Source of the DNA: a virus
DNA length: 59,839 nt
Virus record (IMG/VR): IMGVR_UViG_3300019487_000018
Location: 133,459 to 193,297 of that record
Direction: 5' to 3' (one strand)
The notes under the pieces were generated by a model. It was not told the origin of the DNA, made no database searches, and was given only the letters and a program-made list of their open reading frames with translations. The position numbers and the translations under genes are program-made. This document shows positions 1-9,929 of this stretch, in pieces (within the stretch, counting starts at the first letter, position 1; each line of letters begins with the position of its first letter).

Positions 1-378
1 CGCTCTGTTGAACACGATCACGGCAAAATCATCGTCAACTTCACGAATGGCAAACGTCACGAAGGCTATGATAAGGACTACGTGTACAAAAACGGTCGGA
101 TCTACGCACCAGTATTCGTTGGAGAACCGCTGGTCACGTTTGAGGAAGGCTACTATCTGGATCGATCAGTTGAGTGGAACACAGACAATCTCGTTGAGTT
201 TGAGAATCGAATGACCGTAGAAAGCTTTGAATATCTGCCACAAACACAACACTGTGCTACCTGCGAATTTGCGAATGCGTGTGTTGCTCGTGGTCTTACC
301 AAGTTGATGAAAACCTTGAAAGTTACGGACTGCTTGGCACCAAAGCCGGCTTTCACGTTCTTGAGGCAGGTTGCATGA
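1..378 (+). CDS. Radical SAM/SPASM protein, C-terminal part (5' end outside the window)
   Basis: Frame is open from base 1. Ends in a SPASM-like CxxCxxxxxC motif (CATCEFANAC). Stop overlaps the next ATG (ATGA). Confidence 0.65.
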   Translation, partial: RSVEHDHGKIIVNFTNGKRHEGYDKDYVYKNGRIYAPVFVGEPLVTFEEGYYLDRSVEWNTDNLVEFENRMTVESFEYLPQTQHCATCEFANACVARGLTKLMKTLKVTDCLAPKPAFTFLRQVA

Positions 379-1517
379 GTCCAATCAAATTCTACCGCAC
401 GAGACCTGAACTAGAGTTCGTGCCTGATAATCGGCACATGGAATTGATCATCAAGCCTACAGAGGCATGTAACTTCAAATGCACGTTCTGCTCGAGCACG
501 AACATCACAGACGAAAAAGCTAAAGTCCTCGACTTAGAGTCGATCTACGCCTTCCTCAAGCGGTTCCCCAACACACACTCAATCATTGTCAATGGTGGAG
601 ATCCATTGATGGTCAAGCCATGGTATTACTGGGAGATCATCAAATACTGCGACGACAACAACTTGCCGACAAACCTTAGCTTCACCACGAACCTATGGGC
701 ATTCTATAAGAAACCAGAGATGTGGGTAGACCTGTTCCGACACGATCGTGTCGGTGTCACAACGTCTTTTAACTACGGTAACACACGGCGAATTACAGAT
801 GATGAAGTATTCACAGAAGATATTTTCTGGAAGGTCAGCGATAAGGTGCTAGAGTATATTGGTTATCGACCAGATTTTATCTCAGTGATTACAGACGAGA
901 ACGAAGATACGGCAATAGATAATGTTCGTCTTGCACAGGCTATGAGTGTCGAATGTAAGCTAAACTACGCAATGGCAAGCGGAATACAAAGTGCACCATA
1001 TCAATTGTCAAAGATTTATCGCACATATACAGAGATCTATGAACTAGGACTCTGGCCGTGGGAATATAATACCAAGCAGATGATGCAACGTTTGGACGGC
1101 AAAGCATCTAGCTGTCCACAACTACGTTCCTGTGATGAAGGCATTCGATGCTTACAACCAAGTGGTGATTATTACTCATGTGGCGCATTTGGTGATGATC
1201 GAGAATATCCAATCAACTTCCAACAAGAAGTGATTGAAGGTAAGTTCTTCACACCGCTTCAATCAGCACCAGAATTGCTGTCACTAAAAGAAGAATGTCA
1301 CACATGTCCGATGTTCAAAATTTGCAATGGATGTCGTAAGACGATCACAGACATGAAACGTCATAATGTCGTTGAGGAACATTGCACATTGATGAAGACA
1401 ATCGCGAAAAAGATCATCAATATCAATGACGAATCGGCTAACTTACTAATTGATCGCACGTTAAAGAAGGGAGCTCGCAAGTATGAGCCTTGTACACTAA
1501 ATACCGTTCTCGCATAA
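375..1517 (+). CDS. Radical SAM protein with SPASM domain
   Basis: CNFKCTFC (CxxxCxxC), GGDPL, and a C-terminal cysteine cluster CPQLRSC...YYSCG...CHTCPMFKICNGC. Start at the ATGA overlap at 375. Confidence 0.92.
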   Translation: MSPIKFYRTRPELEFVPDNRHMELIIKPTEACNFKCTFCSSTNITDEKAKVLDLESIYAFLKRFPNTHSIIVNGGDPLMVKPWYYWEIIKYCDDNNLPTNLSFTTNLWAFYKKPEMWVDLFRHDRVGVTTSFNYGNTRRITDDEVFTEDIFWKVSDKVLEYIGYRPDFISVITDENEDTAIDNVRLAQAMSVECKLNYAMASGIQSAPYQLSKIYRTYTEIYELGLWPWEYNTKQMMQRLDGKASSCPQLRSCDEGIRCLQPSGDYYSCGAFGDDREYPINFQQEVIEGKFFTPLQSAPELLSLKEECHTCPMFKICNGCRKTITDMKRHNVVEEHCTLMKTIAKKIININDESANLLIDRTLKKGARKYEPCTLNTVLA

Positions 1518-1544
1518 ATGAGCGTCGAGCCTTGGAGGACTGAT

Positions 1545-2042
1545 ATGAAGCTAACAGAAAAACAGAAAGAGGTTCGGCGACGTTATTACAAAGAGAACAG
1601 AACTGAGATTCTGGAACATCAAAAGAACCGACGCACTGCCCAGAAAAAACACATTACACAGCTCGGAAAAACATGGCGTGAAAACAACAAAGACAAAACG
1701 AAGCGATACGGGGAAAATCACTACAAGAATCACAAAGATGATTACACCACACGCTCCAGAAGGTGGCGCGAAAACAACCCCGAGCGTAAAATATTGGCCC
1801 GGCTGCGGGCAGGAGCGAAGAAAGAGCATATTCCATTCAATCTAGAGTTGGAAGACGTCAAGATACCGAATATATGTCCAGTTTTAGGCATTGCACTTGA
1901 AAGAGGAAGGGAAGCTTTTAAGAAACTACAATGTCCGTCGGCCGATCGAATTGTTCCAAAACTTGGATACGTTCGTGGTAATGTGCGATTTATAAGTCTT
2001 CGCGCCAACTTGATTAAATCGAACCGTCGGCTGAAGAACTGA
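1545..2042 (+). CDS. HNH-type homing endonuclease, probably frameshifted near the C-terminus
   Basis: Basic helical N-terminus, then CPVLG...PSADRIVPKLGYVRGNVRFISLRAN. GGAGG RBS; TAAATA at 1498-1503. Confidence 0.85.
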   Translation: MKLTEKQKEVRRRYYKENRTEILEHQKNRRTAQKKHITQLGKTWRENNKDKTKRYGENHYKNHKDDYTTRSRRWRENNPERKILARLRAGAKKEHIPFNLELEDVKIPNICPVLGIALERGREAFKKLQCPSADRIVPKLGYVRGNVRFISLRANLIKSNRRLKN

Positions 2043-2087
2043 TAAAAGTATACGAGTATATTGTACGAGAACGAGCGAGAATGACTG

Positions 2088-3185
2088 ATGAACCTTGCAC
2101 AGCTAGTACTGCAACGCAAGCGTGATACCGATCAAGAATACACGATTCACTTGTTTGAGAAGTGCAATCTAACGTGTAATTTCTGTTGGCAAGATCACAC
2201 TGCGAATATTGGTCTGGATACTGTTCGACAAAAGATTCCAATCTTATGTGAGATGCTTGATGAAGATCCACATCACAAGTATACAATCAACATCATGGGT
2301 GGAGAGGTTTTTGCTGATGATATCTTCACGGAAAAGATGTGGGGGGATTACTACGCTCTATGCTGGTGGTCACATAAACATGTTGAGAAACTAGGGAAGG
2401 ACATTACGTTCAATTTCGTAACCAATCTCGTCACCACGAAGACAAAAGAAATTTTTGATTTGCTCCACGCATTGCGACGGGAAGGTGTTAAGGTTAAACT
2501 GACAACGTCTTACGACGCAAAGGGTCGCTTCAATAAAGCTCAACTAGCAACGTTCAAAGAGAACATTGAAGTATTTCGTAATGAGCTTGAAGGAATCAGC
2601 ATGTTGCTCACAAAGCCAGTAATCAAGCAGCTTGTTGAAGGAAAGGACGAATATTTCAAGTATCTGTACGACCAGGGGTTCTACATCTACTTCGACTACT
2701 ATTCACCAGAAGACGACTATCTGTTGGTCGGTCCATCTGATAAGGATCTGCTTAAGGCGTTCTACTTCCTGGTGGACAACTACCCGAATGTACATCCGAT
2801 CAAAGAGTGGATTGAGAACCACACAAACTTCATGTCTTGTAGAAGCTCCAAACTGATCAACCCTGATGGTACGAAGTGCATGTGTGGGAATTTGCTGTTA
2901 GATAATAAGCACGTTGTAACGTTCTTTAAGGCAAAGATACAAAAGGCTGACAACGATGAAATTGAGAACAATTTTTTGAACAGATGGGATTGTTTGTCGT
3001 GCGAATATTTCAGTCGTTGCACGTTGGGATGCTTCGTCCAACACGATTTCATGAAGCGCGGACAGATGAAAGAGTGCCCTTTCAAGCTGACTTTCGATAA
3101 AATCACCAAGGGAACAGAAGTTGACATCGATCTCTTGGAAACATATTATGGGGAAGACCCTACAACTGACAATCGGGTACAGTGA
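2088..3185 (+). CDS. Radical SAM protein with C-terminal auxiliary Cys cluster
   Basis: CNLTCNFC, MGGE, and CLSCEYFSRCTLGC. Confidence 0.9.
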   Translation: MNLAQLVLQRKRDTDQEYTIHLFEKCNLTCNFCWQDHTANIGLDTVRQKIPILCEMLDEDPHHKYTINIMGGEVFADDIFTEKMWGDYYALCWWSHKHVEKLGKDITFNFVTNLVTTKTKEIFDLLHALRREGVKVKLTTSYDAKGRFNKAQLATFKENIEVFRNELEGISMLLTKPVIKQLVEGKDEYFKYLYDQGFYIYFDYYSPEDDYLLVGPSDKDLLKAFYFLVDNYPNVHPIKEWIENHTNFMSCRSSKLINPDGTKCMCGNLLLDNKHVVTFFKAKIQKADNDEIENNFLNRWDCLSCEYFSRCTLGCFVQHDFMKRGQMKECPFKLTFDKITKGTEVDIDLLETYYGEDPTTDNRVQ

Positions 3186-3615
3186 TCTATATATTGCACA
3201 AGTACTCCAGCACAGTATTCGTCGTCGTGCATCAATTGGCACAGATTTTCGTTTTGTGTTGCGTGTGTCGAATGTAGTAGAATCACCGCTTCTGTGGAAC
3301 TATGAGGGAGATTGGTCAATCTTCCTCGACGCGAAAATGCTTTGTTTGTGCGACATAAAGGAACTTACGGAACATTTCGACCCGCAATACGCCGTTCAGT
3401 TTGTTAAGTTCGCTGAACAACCATTGGCTGTAGTTGTATTCAATCACAACAAATTTGGCCGAACACCCGATCTCCATGACAAAGAAATTGGAGACCTGCC
3501 TTCAGAGTTTAACAGCGAATTCCCAACAGCAAAAATTCTTCGGTACGACAACGACCCATACAACTCTCAACTTTGGAAAGATGAACTCGATGACATGCTC
3601 CGAACTTACAGTTGA
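3148..3615 (+). CDS. Hypothetical protein in the radical SAM operon
   Basis: ORF overlaps both neighbours; no recognised motif. Confidence 0.6.
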   Translation: MGKTLQLTIGYSDLYIAQVLQHSIRRRASIGTDFRFVLRVSNVVESPLLWNYEGDWSIFLDAKMLCLCDIKELTEHFDPQYAVQFVKFAEQPLAVVVFNHNKFGRTPDLHDKEIGDLPSEFNSEFPTAKILRYDNDPYNSQLWKDELDDMLRTYS

Positions 3616-4450
3616 GAACTTCATCTCCCAGCAATGGATCCATAAAAATCGCTACGTACTTAACGCAAGAACAGTGACACCTGAATGTGTTGAGTCCTTG
3701 AACGCACAGGCATTCAAACGATTCCAGTTATCAAATCATCAACGCAAATACTCGAAGTCGCCAATTCGAATCGATATCTGTGAGTGGCTAGAACGTCGGG
3801 CGTCATTCTCTCTACATGAATACGACTACACAATTCCACCAGGGTATGTAACGCCAATTGAGTTTTTTAGCGAGGCGCAGCCATGGCGAATGCTGTTGCT
3901 TTCTTTCGATCCATATGCGTCAATCCTGCAGCGAAAGCTGTTCACCGATGCACGATTCGTTGAACGTGCATACGAAGAAAAGGACGATATGTATTCACCG
4001 AAATCGTTCCTGTTGGAACAGATTGAACTTGGATGGCTTGGCTACAGCGAATTTGAAGACTGTATTTTCATTCACCACATACAAGTGCGAGGTGCACTCA
4101 AAGAAGGAATGCGATACAATGACCTTGTTTGGTTCTATAGATACTTGGTTCGTGCATTTACGCAGATGTTGCCCGAAGGGAAGTTGAAGCATGTGTACGC
4201 ACCAGATGCAGCAACGTTGTCGCTGTACAGCGAACGTCTGGTCGGGAATGCGTCAATAGTACTTCCGTATTCGCGGCATGTGCTACGAAAGAGCGACTTT
4301 CATACGGTTGGCTGGGACGCGTTTGCAACACAATCACCAATCGCGGCGGCTAAATGCAAGATGCGTGATGTGTTACTGCCAGACGAGATAACACTTTGGA
4401 GATACGATTATAATGATCCACACACTTTGGCACGACAGAATTCTGATTGA
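3581..4450 (+). CDS. Hypothetical protein in the radical SAM operon
   Basis: Long ORF filling the gap and overlapping both neighbours; start uncertain. Confidence 0.65.
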   Translation: MNSMTCSELTVENFISQQWIHKNRYVLNARTVTPECVESLNAQAFKRFQLSNHQRKYSKSPIRIDICEWLERRASFSLHEYDYTIPPGYVTPIEFFSEAQPWRMLLLSFDPYASILQRKLFTDARFVERAYEEKDDMYSPKSFLLEQIELGWLGYSEFEDCIFIHHIQVRGALKEGMRYNDLVWFYRYLVRAFTQMLPEGKLKHVYAPDAATLSLYSERLVGNASIVLPYSRHVLRKSDFHTVGWDAFATQSPIAAAKCKMRDVLLPDEITLWRYDYNDPHTLARQNSD

Positions 4451-5015
4451 AGACGATTTGCTTGACCCGCAAGGCTGGAGTAATTTTCGAGACTGGGTCG
4501 GAGTGGAATTTGGTCGTCGACAGACAAAACCAATTATGTCAATCGACCATCTCAACTTGCCACCTGAACTCGGTTACTACGCAGCCATGCTTGACGGTGC
4601 CGTGACAAACTATTGCGAAGCTTGTGGCATAGACTATGCAATGGATATTGTAAACCTACAGGCAACTTGGGTTGAGAATTACAACGAAACAAGTCACCAT
4701 GAATTCGTACATGAACCACATCACGACCTTTCGGAAGGTGGCTATCTTGTTGCTGTGTATTATGTATGTACAGATGTGAATTCACTAACAAGATTTGTTG
4801 GGGGAGACCTGGCGATATACAAGGCACTGACATATAGTGAATACCCCGAGGGAATGGTTCACGTTCGTGCAATACCGAACCGGTTGGTTGTTTTTCCTGC
4901 TATGCTTTACCATCGCATCAAACCATACTTCGGTCGTTCCCCACGAATTGCATTGTCGGCTGTGTTGTCTAAATCAGCCGACACAGTTCAAAACAAGAGA
5001 GTTTGCACACTATGA
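4413..5015 (+). CDS. 2OG-Fe(II) oxygenase
   Basis: HxD (HHD), GGDL, NRLVVFPAMLYHRIKP and RIALS: the HxD...H...RxS pattern. Confidence 0.85.
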   Translation: MIHTLWHDRILIEDDLLDPQGWSNFRDWVGVEFGRRQTKPIMSIDHLNLPPELGYYAAMLDGAVTNYCEACGIDYAMDIVNLQATWVENYNETSHHEFVHEPHHDLSEGGYLVAVYYVCTDVNSLTRFVGGDLAIYKALTYSEYPEGMVHVRAIPNRLVVFPAMLYHRIKPYFGRSPRIALSAVLSKSADTVQNKRVCTL

Positions 5016-5647
5016 ACTTCTACAAATTGTGGGCGTATCCAATTTACACATGCGAAAACGTTCTCCTCGACACCGAACGTCAGCAGGTGGCCGACTATGT
5101 GCTACATCGATTCAAAGATCTGGACGACGACAAAATAGTCAACGTTCACGTTGCTGTTGATGGCGAGTTGGACAAAATTCCAAGCGATCTAAAGCTGTTG
5201 TATTACGCATTGTATGTGAAGTTTTCTCAATATGTCTTCGAATGCGGAAATCCTCTTGAAGAGTACTTTCTTCACAGGATTGCTATGAATAAGACTCGCG
5301 CATTCGTTCCAGGACGAGACGAAGGTGTGATTTATGAATTGCACGCGGACGATAGCGTGAATGACATTACATGCGTCTACTACGCTCAAATCGATACAGT
5401 ACACGCTAATGGTGGTAGTGCCGGCGGCGACCTGCGAATCTACAACCGAGCGGTGCTCGACACAACCGATGATACACGCGAAGCGTATGTCACTTGCAAA
5501 CCAGTTGACAATAAAGCAGTAATGTTCCCGGGCAGTTTGATTCACGAGGTTCGTCCATATTTTGGTGAGCGTCCTCGAGTTAGTCTAAACTACAAGTTTC
5601 GTCGTTACCGCAGGAACATCTCTTTGAAACCAAAGCTGGTAATATGA
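5012..5647 (+). CDS. 2OG-Fe(II) oxygenase
   Basis: HAD, GGDL, NKAVMFPGSLIHEVRP, RVSLN. Paralogous to the upstream gene; ATGA overlaps. Confidence 0.85.
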   Translation: MNFYKLWAYPIYTCENVLLDTERQQVADYVLHRFKDLDDDKIVNVHVAVDGELDKIPSDLKLLYYALYVKFSQYVFECGNPLEEYFLHRIAMNKTRAFVPGRDEGVIYELHADDSVNDITCVYYAQIDTVHANGGSAGGDLRIYNRAVLDTTDDTREAYVTCKPVDNKAVMFPGSLIHEVRPYFGERPRVSLNYKFRRYRRNISLKPKLVI

Positions 5648-6588
5648 AACCAGTCACTCTATCAATCAATCCACTGTATCTGTGCAACTTTCGGTGCAAG
5701 TTTTGTTATCTAACACCAGAACAACTTGCAGACAAGAAGAAAATCGATCATGTCCGTCTTGACCAAATGCTCTCTGAGGTCACAATGGTTACGGCAATCC
5801 AACACGTTGACTTGTACGGTGGAGAAATTGCACTGCTTTCCGATGAGTACTTTGATGATATGAAGCGGATCATCCGACAGTACTACTACAAGCCGATCAA
5901 CGTTGTCACTAACCTGTCGAGAGTTCCGAAATTTTTCATGCCACCTGACATTCAATTGTCCGTGAGTTTTGATTTCGATTGTCGCGAACGGTACGAAGAA
6001 GTGTACAGAAACATGGCAACTGTTCAGAAGCCGCTGCATGTTCTGGTTTTAGCTAGCAGGTGCTTAATCGACAAAGACGTCGACTACATGATTATGATGC
6101 TGAACACATTACAAAATGTTCGGACAGTTGAGATCAAACCGTATAGCACGAATCAAGCAAACCAACATACCGTGTCGCACGCAGACTTCGAACGATTCGT
6201 TAAACGTTGGTTGACGAGTCGGATTCCAAAACGATTTGCGTTTATCAACGAGCAGAAGATTATCGAAGCGCTTCGCGGATCGTACAACGCATTTAGTGAT
6301 GACCATGTCTATATCACCCCTAATGGCAAGTTTGCGGTGCTTGATTTCGACGAGAGCGATCACGAGAAGTTCACAGAGCTCGACCACTTTGTGGACTATG
6401 TCCGGTGGACAGAACATGAGAAACAACTAATCGGAAGCAATTCATACTGCCAAACCTGTCCATATTTCGGTCACTGTTTGACAGAACACTATCGTTGGGT
6501 GAAAGATCTCGAAAACTCGTGCAATGGTTACAGGTTCCTTTTGGATTGGTGCAATGAAAGAATGGAAAATCCGGCAGCAAATCTATGA
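5644..6588 (+). CDS. Radical SAM protein with C-terminal Cys cluster
   Basis: CNFRCKFC, YGGE, and CQTCPYFGHC...C. Confidence 0.9.
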   Translation: MKPVTLSINPLYLCNFRCKFCYLTPEQLADKKKIDHVRLDQMLSEVTMVTAIQHVDLYGGEIALLSDEYFDDMKRIIRQYYYKPINVVTNLSRVPKFFMPPDIQLSVSFDFDCRERYEEVYRNMATVQKPLHVLVLASRCLIDKDVDYMIMMLNTLQNVRTVEIKPYSTNQANQHTVSHADFERFVKRWLTSRIPKRFAFINEQKIIEALRGSYNAFSDDHVYITPNGKFAVLDFDESDHEKFTELDHFVDYVRWTEHEKQLIGSNSYCQTCPYFGHCLTEHYRWVKDLENSCNGYRFLLDWCNERMENPAANL

Positions 6589-6982
6589 TCGTACGTGGCA
6601 CGACCACGATGACTTGGTCTGCCATTCAAAGATCATTGACACCAGTGAACTGGGATTTGATCCCAGCTTTGCAGGCAAAGTTGGTTCATATTTTATGTGG
6701 GAATGGGATGTTCTCGTCTATCCGGAGAAGTCGTATGCAGTTGCAATGGTTTACGCAAAACTGCTCGAGAAATACTTCGGTGAGAACTTCTATGAGGTGT
6801 TAGACGATCAAGATTTGTTGCTTGGCGACAAGTACTTTGTTCGCTACAGCAAAAACAAAGAATGGTACGACAAGTTGATCGCAACTATGGACGAATGGAA
6901 ATTGTGGGACTTTGAAAACAGCAAGTTACCGCAGGTTCAGGCGACCATCACGTACTTTAAGAAGGAGTTTCAGCTGATCTAA
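6554..6982 (+). CDS. Hypothetical protein ending the radical SAM operon
   Basis: ORF overlaps the previous gene; rich in aromatic and acidic residues. Confidence 0.7.
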   Translation: MKEWKIRQQIYDRTWHDHDDLVCHSKIIDTSELGFDPSFAGKVGSYFMWEWDVLVYPEKSYAVAMVYAKLLEKYFGENFYEVLDDQDLLLGDKYFVRYSKNKEWYDKLIATMDEWKLWDFENSKLPQVQATITYFKKEFQLI

Positions 6983-6999
6983 TCGGGTAGGGAAGTCCA

Positions 7000-7007
7000 T
7001 ATAAATA
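7000..7007 (+). promoter_or_regulatory. T4-like late promoter TATAAATA
   Basis: Exact T4 late consensus just upstream of the HNH start. The core TAAATA recurs before many genes. Confidence 0.65.
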
Positions 7008-7024
7008 AGCGTTTATGGAAAACC

Positions 7025-7603
7025 ATGAAACGCTGCACTTGCTCACTACACGAGGGAACAAATCCTCTCCCCATTTCATTCTTCACCAAAGACGCATCGA
7101 CCTCTGATAGCCTATCCCGACTGTGTCGACTTTGTTCTCAACGACGCTCCGCGGAAATACGAAATAGACGCAGAAAGAAACAACAAACGCTCACGAGAGA
7201 GCGATACAAAAACGATCCAATGTTTCGAGCGAAAGCTTTGGCTAGCTCTCGGTCCTACCAGCGCAGAAGACTTGCTGAAGACCCTATGTATGCACACAAA
7301 TTGGAGATGTGGAGGAACGCACGATCGCGCGCTGTACGAAAAGGTCTAACATTCACAATAACAGTCGACGACATAAGCATCCCTCAGCGTTGCCCCATTC
7401 TTGATCTTCCGTTGACGCGAAATCAGGGCAGGCGAGGTCCAACGGAGGAATCTCCGACACTCGATAGAATTGATCCAAAGCACGGCTACGTTCCTGGAAA
7501 TGTCATCGTGATCAGCATGCGGGCGAACACCATCAAAAGTTTTGGTACGCCAGAAGAACACTTCAAGATTTACCGGTTTCTATCACAGTTGACTCAGAGA
7601 TAA
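7025..7603 (+). CDS. HNH-type homing endonuclease
   Basis: N-terminal Cys pairs, then CPILD...SPTLDRIDPKHGYVPGNVIVISMRAN. Confidence 0.85.
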   Translation: MKRCTCSLHEGTNPLPISFFTKDASTSDSLSRLCRLCSQRRSAEIRNRRRKKQQTLTRERYKNDPMFRAKALASSRSYQRRRLAEDPMYAHKLEMWRNARSRAVRKGLTFTITVDDISIPQRCPILDLPLTRNQGRRGPTEESPTLDRIDPKHGYVPGNVIVISMRANTIKSFGTPEEHFKIYRFLSQLTQR

Positions 7604-7606
7604 ATA
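7601..7606 (+). promoter_or_regulatory. Late promoter core TAAATA for the structural operon
   Basis: TAAATA about 22 nt upstream of ATG 7629. Confidence 0.55.
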
Positions 7607-7628
7607 CTGCAAAGTACAAGGACTTCCG

Positions 7629-9920
7629 ATGGCTGATTACATCATTAACTTCACCGACCCTATGAATGGTTCGTTCCTCATCAAACCGATGACGACGAAC
7701 GGACCAGCGTCTCCGGCAGCAGTTACACCCCTCGACCCACAAGCGACTTCAGCAAATACATCGATTGTTCTACTCGGTAAAGGGATGTTTGAATATGGCG
7801 AACGTGTGGCAGAATCGTTCGTTCATATGTTGGAACATTTCGCGTTTCCGACGCCCCCAGCATATCCGATTCAGGGTCAAATTTGGTTTGATAATGGAAC
7901 TCCTGGTCTGTTCGTCTATGACGGTGCAGTATGGAATCCAATTCTTGTTGGCAGTTTTCCGATTGCCGGCGATCTTGATATGGGTGGATTCAAGATCGAG
8001 AATCTTGGCGATCCTGATAGCGCCGACGATGCCGTTAACTTAGGATTTGCTGACACTCGATACGTGAACGTAACTGGTGATACAATGACAGGTACGTTGA
8101 CTGTGTCGTCAGCAGACATCGTTTTGACAGGAGCAGGTTCGCAAATCACATTACCAAACGCACCTGTTGCTGCTACCGATGGTGTTAATAAAGCGTTTGT
8201 TGATGCATTGACTTTGGACAGTTTGGTAGATGTTATCATCACGGTTCCTGTTCTTAACCAATTGTTGCGTTATAACGGTGTAAACTGGGTCAACGCAACA
8301 GTTCTCATTCCAAGTGTTCTTGATGATCTGTCTGATGTTGCGATCACCGCTCCTGTTGTTGGTGATGTTCTGACATTCGACGGCTTGGTGTGGATTAACC
8401 AAGCGCCAGCTGCGTTTACAGATCGATATGTAACGGCTGGTGCAATGATCGGAACAACTCTGCAATTGTCGTTCTCAACAGCTGTCCCTTCACCAACGAT
8501 CAACATTGCTGGCATTGCGCCGGACGGTCATACTCATCTTGCACCACAGGTGCTGTACAACACGAATCAGCCAGACCCAACATGGGTCGGTCCACCACCA
8601 ACATATCCGTATCCGTTCTACAACGACAGCTACCTACGCGAATTGCTCATCACGACCGCAACGGGCTATCCAAATCCACAATTTCCGTATGGCCTCAACT
8701 TGCAGACAATCATCAACACAACCGACCAGGCTCTATATCAGCTTGTGGATATTGATCGACAGGAAATTCTGCAGGGGGATGGCGCAACATCGCTGTTTAC
8801 GATGCGGGGCCAGTATTTGGTCGGTCGTAACAAAGTTAAGATTTTCAACAACGGCGTCAAACAATACGCAAGCCAGCGCGCTGTTCTCAACGTGGAGTTC
8901 GAAACACAAGTAGCACCAATTCAATCAATTAACGTTGGATCTGATACTGGTCTTGCCGACGGTACGTATTCATTTGATATCATCGTCAATGGTACATTGT
9001 TCACAGGTGTTACTGCACCAACTGTTACTGTTGCAGAGGACAGGGACGTTACGGCAGTTGATGGAACAGGAGGACCGTTAGGTCCTCTCACCACGACCGG
9101 AACAACTTGGACGATTACCGATCCACTCGGCGATTTCGCTGACACACTTGGAATAGGTACAATTTTCACTGTGACGGGAGCTGGTCCGGGTAGCGGCACC
9201 TACGTTGTTTTGACAGCAACGTGGGATGGAATTGGCGAGACAGACATCGTCATTGATCCGTCGGGTCTTGGAGTACCTGGCATGTTTACAACTATTCCAA
9301 TTGGCACAACGGTCACGCTCGGTGTCACTACACTACGCAAACCATACTACTTCCAACAACTAAAAGAAGATCTCGATGTTAGCTTTGTGGCCAATGCGAT
9401 TCCGGCGATTGTGTCATTTTACAACAGCACTCTATCGTTCGAATCAGAAGTTGTTGGAACCGGCTCGACTGTGTTTTATGTGCCCGTGGCGAATGACTTG
9501 TTTGACGAAATGCTAACAGCCGGTGTTGTAACTCCAGACTTTGTTTACTCGGGTAGTATGGTGAGTATTGACGCAGCTGACAACACTGTCAGCCCAGACG
9601 AGTTCCAAGTAATTGGTGATTACACTGGTGCCTTTCCAACTGGTGTTCGCTTCATTGTGTTCGGTTCTACAGGCAATGACAATGACGATGAATACGTCAC
9701 AGTAGCCAACGCAACTTTTGCTGCCGGTTTTACAACAATCTATGTGACCAACGGAGCGATTTCTGTCAACGAAGCAAGCGGCGCCGGTACGGGAGATATT
9801 TTCTTTGAGCGCACACTTGCATATGACGAAGTTGGTACACCGAATAACAATTCCGATCAAATTCAGTTCACTGTTGCACCAGCCACCGGTGATCTAATCG
9901 AAGTATTGATTGCACCATAA
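7629..9920 (+). CDS. Virion structural protein (tail fibre/baseplate-associated)
   Basis: N-terminal LLGKG..EYGE...LEHFA...P..GQIWFD motif seen in large-phage fibre proteins; L..L.DV.I repeats; T/G/V-rich beta modules. Confidence 0.75.
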   Translation: MADYIINFTDPMNGSFLIKPMTTNGPASPAAVTPLDPQATSANTSIVLLGKGMFEYGERVAESFVHMLEHFAFPTPPAYPIQGQIWFDNGTPGLFVYDGAVWNPILVGSFPIAGDLDMGGFKIENLGDPDSADDAVNLGFADTRYVNVTGDTMTGTLTVSSADIVLTGAGSQITLPNAPVAATDGVNKAFVDALTLDSLVDVIITVPVLNQLLRYNGVNWVNATVLIPSVLDDLSDVAITAPVVGDVLTFDGLVWINQAPAAFTDRYVTAGAMIGTTLQLSFSTAVPSPTINIAGIAPDGHTHLAPQVLYNTNQPDPTWVGPPPTYPYPFYNDSYLRELLITTATGYPNPQFPYGLNLQTIINTTDQALYQLVDIDRQEILQGDGATSLFTMRGQYLVGRNKVKIFNNGVKQYASQRAVLNVEFETQVAPIQSINVGSDTGLADGTYSFDIIVNGTLFTGVTAPTVTVAEDRDVTAVDGTGGPLGPLTTTGTTWTITDPLGDFADTLGIGTIFTVTGAGPGSGTYVVLTATWDGIGETDIVIDPSGLGVPGMFTTIPIGTTVTLGVTTLRKPYYFQQLKEDLDVSFVANAIPAIVSFYNSTLSFESEVVGTGSTVFYVPVANDLFDEMLTAGVVTPDFVYSGSMVSIDAADNTVSPDEFQVIGDYTGAFPTGVRFIVFGSTGNDNDDEYVTVANATFAAGFTTIYVTNGAISVNEASGAGTGDIFFERTLAYDEVGTPNNNSDQIQFTVAPATGDLIEVLIAP

Positions 9921-9929
9921 GGATAGGTC

